The notes under the pieces: model-generated
Told to the model about the DNA's origin: nothing
The model's database searches: none
What the model saw: the letters and a program-made list of their open reading frames with translations, nothing else
Shown: positions 1 to 8,056 of the stretch, one piece after another
Numbering within the stretch: the stretch's first letter is position 1
Layout: each line of letters opens with the position of its first letter
Translations under genes and position numbers: made by a program
Source: Desulfurococcaceae archaeon
Lineage (GTDB): Archaea; Thermoproteota; Thermoprotei_A; Sulfolobales; Desulfurococcaceae
Reading direction: 5' to 3'
DNA length: 11,891 nt
Assembly (NCBI GenBank): GCA_038888155.1
Contig: JAWAJB010000031.1
Coordinates: 1-11,891 of the forward strand

Positions 1-742
1 GCTCACACTTGTCGAGACCCTCACGAACCCTATGGTGAGGGTTATTGACGTCAAAGAGATCGCCAAGAGATGCGCCGAGCTCGGAGTACCGTTGATCGTT
101 GATCACACTTTCTCTACACCGCTACTCTACAACCCGCTCGATGATGGTGCTTGGGTCACGGTTCACAGCTTGACGAAGTACATCGCAGGTCATAATGATG
201 TTGTTGGCGGTGCGGTAATCATGGGAAGTGAGGAGGATGCGGAGGTTCTTTGGAACTGGAGGAGAAAGCTCGGATCGATCATGAGCCCATTCGATGCGTT
301 TCTCACGATACGTGGAGTGGCAACCCTTGAGGCGAGGTTTGAAAAGCAGGCGAGGAGCGCCCTCGAGATAGCAGAGTTCCTTGAAGATCATCCAAAGATC
401 GAGAAGGTATATTATCCAGGGCTCTCGAGCAGCCCGTACAAGAGCATCGCAGACAGAATCTTCAAGCGACGGCTTTATGGAGGGGTTTTAAGCTTCAAGG
501 TGAGGGGAGGCCAAAGGGAGGCGCTCGAGGTTCTCAGGGGCACGGAGCTGATCAAGCCCTCGCCGAGCTTGGGCGGCGTCGAGTCCCTCTTAACCTACCC
601 AATCTGGACCGCGGCCAAGAACATGAGCAGGGAGCAGATGAAGATGCTTGAGATAAGTGAGAACCTTCTCAGATTATCGGTTGGTCTTGAAGATGTTGAG
701 GACTTGAAGGAGGACTTAGGTAAAGCTCTCTCGAGGGTTTAG
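1..742 (+). CDS. Cys/Met metabolism PLP-dependent enzyme (cystathionine gamma-synthase/lyase family), 5'-truncated by the window edge
   Basis: The frame is open from base 2 (LTLVETLTNPM...). Family motifs ETLTNP, VDHTF, HSLTKYIAGH (PLP lysine), SLGGVESL and LLRLSVGLEDVEDL. MetB versus MetC/MGL cannot be decided from sequence alone. Confidence 0.92.
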   Translation, partial: LTLVETLTNPMVRVIDVKEIAKRCAELGVPLIVDHTFSTPLLYNPLDDGAWVTVHSLTKYIAGHNDVVGGAVIMGSEEDAEVLWNWRRKLGSIMSPFDAFLTIRGVATLEARFEKQARSALEIAEFLEDHPKIEKVYYPGLSSSPYKSIADRIFKRRLYGGVLSFKVRGGQREALEVLRGTELIKPSPSLGGVESLLTYPIWTAAKNMSREQMKMLEISENLLRLSVGLEDVEDLKEDLGKALSRV

Positions 743-836
743 CTTTCTGTAGACAGTACGACAATAATGTCTGAGTATGATTCTTACCTATCTCTCCACT
801 TTAGGTTAAAGGTTACTTGAGGGATGTCTTGAATGG

Positions 837-2198
837 GTGAAGATGGAGACAATTTTAAGGCACTATTTGAGGGAGGATGTTACAAGAGAAATTTCAAGAT
901 TCTGCTCCGGTAGATGGGCCGCGTTAGAATGCCGGTCAGGCGGCGATAGTCGAACTTTCTACAGATATTGGCCTAACGGGAGACCACTCACAATCAAAGA
1001 GCCCGCCGATATTAAGAGGTTGATCAACAAGTTCGGAAATAGGGTGATGAGGACAATTTATGGATCGGCGAATATCTATAAGAAGCTGGAGCAGAGGGAA
1101 GACGTATCCGCCGAGGATAATATTCTCATGAGCACACCAAGCTGGGATGTTGATGGTTCTCTAGAGGAGGTAGAGTTGATCAAAGAGGCGGCTAAGATAC
1201 TCATCGAGACTCTCAGAAGCGAGGGCGTCGAAAAGTCCATCTACTTGGTCTGGTCGGGGCGGGGAATCCACGTTCACCTGAATGAAAAGGCAGTGAGTGG
1301 CGAGATATGGAGGAGGGGACCGCTGAGGGTCTCTTTTGCGATAGCTGAGTATGTTCTCATGCGCGCAAGAGACGGGCTTGAAAAAGTATGCGAGAGATCT
1401 AGATCGCCTGATAGAAGGCTTAAGATTGAGAACCTAATGGATATCCAGAGGGTTTTCACGGCACCCCTAAGCCTTCACCGCGAGCTCGATCTTGTCGCCA
1501 TAACGATCAAGCCTAACGACCTAGAGAACTTCAAGCTTGACTGGGCCAAGATCGAGAACTTCAGATATTGGAGTGGATGGAATGGATTTGAGGATGGTGA
1601 AGGTGATGAGCTGGCGCTAAGAGCTCTTGCCGAGATCAAGAGCGACTCGAGGACGATGGTTGGTGAAGAAGAGGCCGCCCCGCTCGCTCGAGTTGGTCAT
1701 GTTGGCAGGTTCCAAGTCATGGGCCTTCTCCAGGCAGCAAGATACTATGTGCTGAAGGGCGATCTAGAGCTCGCCAAATCGTTCGGCCTGAATAGAGCGA
1801 TATTTTATGCTTGGGCGAAGAAGCATGGTGTAACCGCGAGGAGGTTTGGAGGTAGTATGAGGGTTGGTCAGCTTGCCGAGAAGGAGGAAGTTGAAGAAAA
1901 AGTAGGAGATGAGGTCGCTTATCGATCTCGGAGTGGATACTTCACGATAGGTGGACAGATTCAGAGGCCCACGGATTTTCATAGAATGATAGCGGCAAGG
2001 TTCGGACCGAGCTTCGAGAAGTTCTGGAATGCCGCCATCAAGTACGTTAAAAGTTTCCCGGAGAATGTTCTCAAGAGTCAGCGTGACTTCTACGAGAAGA
2101 TCTACTTACCCGTTAGAGATTGTCCGGAGAAGATCCTTGAGCAGATAGAGCGTGACCAAAAGAGCTCAAGCCTCAATAAATCTCAAGATCCAACATAA
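837..2198 (+). CDS. AEP (archaeo-eukaryotic primase/polymerase) superfamily protein fused to an uncharacterised C-terminal helical domain
   Basis: 453-aa ORF (GTG 837 or ATG 843). AEP motif I WDVD (DxD), motif II WSGRGIHVH, motif III-like MDIQRVFTAPLSLH. A distinct C-terminal block GRFQVMGLLQAARYY...AKSFGLNRAIFYAWAK starts near base 1701. Confidence 0.75.
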   Translation: MKMETILRHYLREDVTREISRFCSGRWAALECRSGGDSRTFYRYWPNGRPLTIKEPADIKRLINKFGNRVMRTIYGSANIYKKLEQREDVSAEDNILMSTPSWDVDGSLEEVELIKEAAKILIETLRSEGVEKSIYLVWSGRGIHVHLNEKAVSGEIWRRGPLRVSFAIAEYVLMRARDGLEKVCERSRSPDRRLKIENLMDIQRVFTAPLSLHRELDLVAITIKPNDLENFKLDWAKIENFRYWSGWNGFEDGEGDELALRALAEIKSDSRTMVGEEEAAPLARVGHVGRFQVMGLLQAARYYVLKGDLELAKSFGLNRAIFYAWAKKHGVTARRFGGSMRVGQLAEKEEVEEKVGDEVAYRSRSGYFTIGGQIQRPTDFHRMIAARFGPSFEKFWNAAIKYVKSFPENVLKSQRDFYEKIYLPVRDCPEKILEQIERDQKSSSLNKSQDPT

Positions 2199-2346
2199 CC
2201 TCACGACTATCTGATGAGTTCAGTCTTAATAGATGGAGGTCGTATGTCAGGGTATCTCAAAAAGCAATGCGGCGGCTTTTACAACTTATATGAGCATCCA
2301 TTCTTAAAATTAGCTTTAATTGGCACAATAATGATTTTGTTTTTAG

Positions 2347-3564
2347 ATGCTGAGGTTTGCTAAGAGGATACCGGATAGATGCTCAGGATGCAATACGTGC
2401 GAGGAGATAGTGGCATGCCCTGCTGGAAAGCTATTCTCAGAAGATCTGTGCTTCGGTTGCGGCGCATGCCAGTTAGCATGTCCAGGGAATGCTGTTAGGA
2501 TGCTCAAGAGGACAAAAACAAAGGATGTCGAGATCAAAGTAAATGCTGAAAGATTCTGGGTGCCGGAAAGGATTACCATAAAGGCAGCTTTGGAGTTTAT
2601 CGGGTATAAGTTCTCAAGCTTTCCAGAGAAGGATAGCATATTTGCTCCATGTTCTGTCGGAGGTTGCTATTCTTGTGCAGTGCTGGTTAATGGCGAACTC
2701 ATGCCGAGCTGCGTCACGGGTATTAAGGAGGGTATGGAAATATCAACGGAGCTTCCGGAAGACTATGTTCCAAAAAGGATAGTGCACAGTTGGATGGGCC
2801 ATCCCGTTGGCGGCGTAGGAACGCCTTGGTGGTTAAAAGGTGATAGATACATAGAGGTTGCATGCTTTGCATGCGGATGCAACCTAAGGTGTCCGCAATG
2901 CCAAAACTGGACGACGACTTACTGCGGTAAGGATAGAGCTCTATCACCTTTCGAGGCGGCGAGAATAACAACTTACATGAGAAAGGTATACCGAGTGAAC
3001 AGGATGGCAATATCGGGAGGCGAAAGCACGCTCAATAGAAGATGGCTCCTAAATTACGTTAAAGCATTAAAGGAGTTAAACCAAGATAGCGATGCAAGGA
3101 TACACATAGACACGAACGCAACGATACTTACGAGGGATTACATAGACGAGCTAGTCGATGCAGGAATGACTGACATAGGACCTGACCTTAAGGGGCTGAA
3201 GGTCGAAACTTTCATGAGGATAACGGGCATAGAGAACCGTGAACTCGCCGAGAGGTACCTAAGAACATCTTGGGATGCATTTAGGTACCTAGTAGACAAC
3301 TACAAAGAAAGATTGTTCATAGGCATCGGCATACCTTACAACAGAGTGCTCATTAGCATGGAGGAGATAATAAGGATCGGCGAGGAGGTTGCGAAGATAG
3401 ACGATAGCGTACAAGTCTGTGTCCTCGACTACAGGCCAGAGTTTAGGAACGTCAAGATCCCAAGACCTAGCTATACGGAGATGCTGGATGTTTGGAAGGC
3501 ATTGAAGGGGGTTGGACTCAAGACGGTGATATGCCAAACGTCCCATGGCCACATAGGTCCTTAA
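2347..3564 (+). CDS. Radical SAM protein (PFL-activase-like) with N-terminal 2x[4Fe-4S] ferredoxin and [2Fe-2S] domains
   Basis: CSGCNTC...ACP and CFGCGACQLACP (ferredoxin); CSVGGCYSC...SC within an FDH/NuoG-like [2Fe-2S] domain; GCNLRCPQC (CxxxCxxC), SGGE, DTNA and DLKG radical SAM motifs. Confidence 0.9.
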   Translation: MLRFAKRIPDRCSGCNTCEEIVACPAGKLFSEDLCFGCGACQLACPGNAVRMLKRTKTKDVEIKVNAERFWVPERITIKAALEFIGYKFSSFPEKDSIFAPCSVGGCYSCAVLVNGELMPSCVTGIKEGMEISTELPEDYVPKRIVHSWMGHPVGGVGTPWWLKGDRYIEVACFACGCNLRCPQCQNWTTTYCGKDRALSPFEAARITTYMRKVYRVNRMAISGGESTLNRRWLLNYVKALKELNQDSDARIHIDTNATILTRDYIDELVDAGMTDIGPDLKGLKVETFMRITGIENRELAERYLRTSWDAFRYLVDNYKERLFIGIGIPYNRVLISMEEIIRIGEEVAKIDDSVQVCVLDYRPEFRNVKIPRPSYTEMLDVWKALKGVGLKTVICQTSHGHIGP

Positions 3565-3569
3565 AATTT

Positions 3570-4313
3570 CTAAACCTTTATCTTAAGTATTCTCATGGCG
3601 TTCTCCATCGTAATCTCTTCCACCTTCTCCAATGAAATCCCTTTTATCCTGCTCACCACCTCTGCGGATATCCTTACGTTGGATGGAGTGTTCACGGTAC
3701 CAGGAACAGGAGACAGAGCAGGAGCGTCAGATTCCAGCAAGATGTTCTCTAAAGGCACTTTGTTCACGAGTTTTTGTTTCTGAGTACTCCTAACAACGGA
3801 GGGCGGTATGCTGAAGAAATAGCCCTTTTCGAATCCAATCAACGAATGTGACGCCGAACCATCAAATGCGTGCATTATCACATTCTTCGCACCACACTCT
3901 ACTAACATTTCTAACGCATACTTTCCAGCACTCCTGGAGTGTACTATTAACGGAAGGTCTAGATTCAAGGACAGCTCTATGAATTCTTTAAAGACCTTTC
4001 TTTGCAACTCTTTATCAGGTCTGACGTTTACATGAAAGTCAAGACCGACCTCTCCTATGGCGACGATCTTCTTAGCACTCTTCTCTATCAAAGAGATTAC
4101 ATCCTCATAACCATCAAGCTTGTACGGCATTATTCCTAATGACGGAAAGATCGTTTTGTAATCGGACACCTCTAATGCTTTTAAACAATCCTCATACCCA
4201 AGCCCAGATGTTACAATTATAGCTACTCCAGACCTCTTAGCGTCCTCTACCACTTTTGCTAGGTTTGCCTTTATGGCCTCATCTGTCAGGTGGCAGTGCA
4301 CATCGACGAGCAT
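3570..4313 (-). CDS. tatD: TatD family metal-dependent DNase/hydrolase
   Basis: VDVHCH, AIGEVGLD, LPLIVHSR, IMHAF and LLESDAP motifs; 247 aa. Confidence 0.93.
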   Translation of the reverse strand: MLVDVHCHLTDEAIKANLAKVVEDAKRSGVAIIVTSGLGYEDCLKALEVSDYKTIFPSLGIMPYKLDGYEDVISLIEKSAKKIVAIGEVGLDFHVNVRPDKELQRKVFKEFIELSLNLDLPLIVHSRSAGKYALEMLVECGAKNVIMHAFDGSASHSLIGFEKGYFFSIPPSVVRSTQKQKLVNKVPLENILLESDAPALSPVPGTVNTPSNVRISAEVVSRIKGISLEKVEEITMENAMRILKIKV

Positions 4314-4365
4314 CGCTCTTAACCTAGGTTTACGCTTAAATACGCATCATCATCTTAAAAATTTT

Positions 4366-4440
4366 GGGCCCGTGGCCTAGAATGGATAGGGCGGCGGCCT
4401 CCTAAGCCGTAAGTCGTGGGTTCGAATCCCACCGGGCCCG
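4366..4440 (+). tRNA. tRNA-Arg (anticodon CCT), intronless, CCA not encoded
   Basis: Acceptor GGGCCCG/CGGGCCC, discriminator G4440, anticodon stem GCGGC/GCCGT with loop CT-CCT-AA (CCT at 4401-4403), T arm GTGGG-TTCGAAT-CCCAC. Confidence 0.97.
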
Positions 4441-4557
4441 CTATCATATCACACAAAATCTCCACTTCTATGGAGGCCTGGTGCATCTCGAAGGAAATGT
4501 AAAACCAAGAACTTTCATAACTTCATTATATGCCAGTCTTAAATAAAAAGAAGGAGT

Positions 4558-4923
4558 TTAGCGTGGAGTAAGCGATTTTTCCACATGAGTAACTGTTCTT
4601 AGTGCGGCTATCTTCTGCATGTAATGTGATGCTACGAGTATCGCTCCCCACACTGTTAAAGTCACGACGGACATTGTTATGCCTACCGTGAGCATTTCAT
4701 GGAGCATTACTGGTATCTCAACCGGGTTTGCCATAGCCGTCAGGAACGGCGGCCAAGGAACGACCTCGCCATGCCAGACGTGTTCGACAGCCAGCAATAT
4801 CACTCCGCCCCAAAGCAATACGTTGAGGATCCAGAGTTTAATTTTTCCAGCCAAGTTTCGTGCAGTCTTTTGGACGAGCGATGTTATGATCGCCAGCACC
4901 ATCGGAACTAGAAAGCACGCCAT
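4558..4923 (-). CDS. Small integral membrane protein (about 3 TM segments, WG-x7-EHV motif), function unknown
   Basis: 121-aa hydrophobic ORF starting MACFLVP; SD-like GAGGGTG just upstream on the minus strand; homologous to the divergent neighbour. Confidence 0.8.
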   Translation of the reverse strand: MACFLVPMVLAIITSLVQKTARNLAGKIKLWILNVLLWGGVILLAVEHVWHGEVVPWPPFLTAMANPVEIPVMLHEMLTVGITMSVVTLTVWGAILVASHYMQKIAALRTVTHVEKSLTPR

Positions 4924-4963
4924 CTTTACACCCTCTGTAATACTAAATTTAAGAATAGTAACA

Positions 4964-4995
4964 CCTATATAAACGTAACATTAAGCTTAAGCTTA
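4964..4995. promoter_or_regulatory. Candidate bidirectional TATA box (4966-4973) plus 14-bp palindrome (4982-4995) between the divergent membrane-protein genes
   Basis: TATATAAA on + begins 29 nt before ATG 4995 (leaderless spacing) and reads TTTATATA on -. Perfect palindrome TAAGCTTAAGCTTA overlaps the + start. Confidence 0.5.
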
Positions 4996-5285
4996 TGTGG
5001 CTCGTAGTGTTGGCGATGGCGGCTACCCTCTCGACAGCGATCTGGTACTCCAAAGCTGAAAATGACGTCTATATGTTAAAGCTGTTGAGCCTAATATTCT
5101 GGGGCGCGACTATAATGGTCTTCATTGACCACGTCATGGGCTACCTCATGGAGGGTGGAGCATTCCTCGAGATGTCCGTTGAAGCTACTGTTCTCGGCTT
5201 CATCCTTCTAATATTTGCGTTGATAGTCTGGGAAATAGTGTTGATAATCAAAGACCCTAAGGGTGTGCTGCGCAAAAGCGGATAA
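4995..5285 (+). CDS. Small integral membrane protein (about 3 TM segments, WG-x7-DHV motif), function unknown
   Basis: 96-aa hydrophobic ORF with three TM-like stretches; TATA box at leaderless spacing; homologous to 4558-4923. Confidence 0.8.
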   Translation: MWLVVLAMAATLSTAIWYSKAENDVYMLKLLSLIFWGATIMVFIDHVMGYLMEGGAFLEMSVEATVLGFILLIFALIVWEIVLIIKDPKGVLRKSG

Positions 5286-5378
5286 TCGACCGCAATATTT
5301 TCTTAACATTTTTTATACAAAAGACGACTGGTGAAAGGCTTAAGGAGAAGCTTTTTTAATAAATAAGCGACCGCGGTT

Positions 5379-5451
5379 GGCCGCGGTGAGGTAGCGGTTA
5401 GCCTTCCGGCCTGTGGAGCCGGCTGCCTGGGTTCGAATCCCAGCCGCGGCC
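5379..5451 (+). tRNA. tRNA-His (anticodon GTG) with genome-encoded G-1
   Basis: Acceptor GCCGCGG (5380-5386)/CCGCGGC (5444-5450); G5379 opposite discriminator C5451; anticodon stem CCGGC/GCCGG with GTG at 5413-5415; T arm CTGGG-TTCGAAT-CCCAG. Confidence 0.97.
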
Positions 5452-5538
5452 CTTTTACCTAAAACAGTCGAAGGTGTATGAAAAGCAAAAGGCTTATAGT
5501 TGACATTTAAGTTCTAGGAACGTTTTAAACATATTTAT

Positions 5539-5554
5539 GCAAAATATATATAAA
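5539..5554 (+). promoter_or_regulatory. BRE-TATA promoter of the 16S precursor
   Basis: Purine-rich GCAAAA followed by TATATATAAA. Predicted start near 5575-5577, just before the GC-rich structured leader. Confidence 0.7.
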
Positions 5555-5583
5555 CAGGCGATGATTACAATAATGTGCGAAAC

Positions 5584-5670
5584 TCCACGGCTCGACGGCG
5601 GTACCGCCCTCGAACGTATAGGGGCGTGAAAGCCCATCAGATGTAAGGGCGGCCTCCTAGCCGTGGGACA
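5584..5670 (+). ncRNA. H/ACA-like guide RNA hairpin in the 16S 5' leader; predicted target 16S U6805 (E. coli U1052 equivalent)
   Basis: P1 5584-5592/5659-5667 followed directly by ACA (5668-5670). Pocket strands 5593-5603 and 5653-5658; P2 5604-5610/5646-5652. The pocket pairs with 16S 6799-6804 (6/6) and 6807-6817 (9/11), leaving U6805-G6806 unpaired, with a 15-nt spacing to ACA. Confidence 0.68.
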
Positions 5671-5676
5671 AGATGA

Positions 5677-5704
5677 GGACCTAAGCGTTAGGATGCTTGG
5701 GTCT
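5677..5704 (+). other. Second leader hairpin immediately before the processing stem
   Basis: GGACCTAAGCGT-TAGG-ATGCTTGGGTCT: 12 bp including G-U pairs, with a 4-nt loop. Confidence 0.65.
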
Positions 5705-5705
5705 A

Positions 5706-5760
5706 ACTATGGGTTTTCAGCCCCCACAAATTCCTAGGGATGCGGCGTACTTCTCCAGGC
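5706..5760 (+). other. 5' arm of the 16S pre-rRNA processing stem with BHB motif
   Basis: ACTATGGGTTTTCAGCCC-CCAC-AAA-TTCCTAGGGA...TTCTCCAGGC is complementary to 7307-7353. Central 4-bp helix CCAC/GTGG; bulge AAA at 5728-5730. Confidence 0.93.
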
Positions 5761-5763
5761 TTG

Positions 5764-7287
<1,524 letters not shown>

Positions 7288-7306
7288 ACCGTTAATGTGC
7301 TTCCCT

Positions 7307-7353
7307 GCCTGGAGAACGTCCCTAGGAAGTGGAAAGGGCTGAAAACCCATAGT
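7307..7353 (+). other. 3' arm of the 16S pre-rRNA processing stem with BHB motif
   Basis: GCCTGGAGAA-CG-TCCCTAGGAA-GTGG-AAA-GGGCTGAAAACCCATAGT; bulge AAA at 7333-7335; 18-bp perfect outer helix with 5706-5723. Confidence 0.93.
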
Positions 7354-7366
7354 CTTTATGATTTTT
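7354..7366 (+). terminator. Possible T-rich terminator of the 16S transcript
   Basis: CTTTATGATTTTT directly after the processing stem, followed by AT-rich non-rRNA sequence. Confidence 0.35.
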
Positions 7367-7545
7367 ACACAAAACTTCCATCACAAAAGATGCGAGAGTT
7401 ATTCCGAAGGTAATGAGGTATTTTCAACTTACTGCCATTTTATCAACTTAGAAAAGAAGAACCTACGGATTAAGTTCAAGCTTTTGCGAAACTTCAAGTC
7501 CATTTGTAGCTTTTTAGCTTGACTAGGATTGTATCTACCTGTTAA

Positions 7546-7905
7546 TTAAATTCCTCCAGCCCTGAACAACCCGAGCTCGAACCTTCTCCTAAATGCTTCG
7601 TTGAAGTTTTCATCCCCACTACTGTACAATTCAACCTCACATATTGAGATGTATCCAGAAAGGCCGCTTGAGCGAAATGCAGGCTGCTCCTTTATCGGTA
7701 AGCTTGTGTAAGAGAGCTTAGCAAGGATGTTTACGCCCTCTTTCTCTGCGGATACGTTCCAAGCCTGTTTTCCACTCTTTTCTATGTTTTTTATATGCGC
7801 GCCATAGTTAGTGAGAACACGTTTAATATCATCCAGTAGGGTGCTTGGGTTACAAAAGCCGTATGCCTTTTTGAATATGAGCCGCATATACAAATTATGA
7901 TTCAT
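7546..7905 (-). CDS. Hypothetical protein
   Basis: 119-aa ORF filling an otherwise empty region; no motif recognised; start codon uncertain. Confidence 0.6.
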   Translation of the reverse strand: MNHNLYMRLIFKKAYGFCNPSTLLDDIKRVLTNYGAHIKNIEKSGKQAWNVSAEKEGVNILAKLSYTSLPIKEQPAFRSSGLSGYISICEVELYSSGDENFNEAFRRRFELGLFRAGGI

Positions 7906-8056
7906 AGTGCAATATAACTTTTTAACGCTGTTATTTTAACGACAGCTAAGTCGTGCTGTGTGTCTCGATTATGGTTGTGGGCAAAAGTGGTTTTATTCCA
8001 ACTTCATCGTTGTCCTTCTCGCCCGTTATAATCCACAAAAGTTATGTTCAACATGT

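Noticed and set aside
755-795. CTGA-GT-ATGA resembling the D'/C' boxes of a C/D sRNA
   Set aside because: No convincing terminal C and D boxes.
2203-2244. Imperfect hairpin containing CTGATGAG downstream of the AEP gene (hammerhead core, C box or fluoride riboswitch?)
   Set aside because: No stem II-GAAA for a hammerhead, no properly spaced CTGA D/D' boxes and no riboswitch pseudoknot; the resemblance to 16S antisense is only partial.
4417-5442. Shared TGGGTTCGAATCCCA in the two tRNAs as possible att repeats of a mini-island
   Set aside because: Explained by ordinary T-arm conservation; both tRNAs are complete and no integrase is present.
5653-5658. CCTCCT in the leader equals the anti-Shine-Dalgarno sequence
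   Set aside because: Better explained as the pocket strand pairing with 16S 6799-6804, because the opposite strand matches the adjacent target in register.
5670-5680. AAGATGA as a C box pairing with ATGA after the 3' processing arm (C/D motif in the ligated spacer)
   Set aside because: Both boxes are degenerate and the flanking pairing is weak.
7354-7545. AT-rich intergenic region as a possible replication origin or CRISPR array
   Set aside because: No ORB-like repeats, no cdc6/orc1 neighbour and no regularly spaced direct repeats seen.
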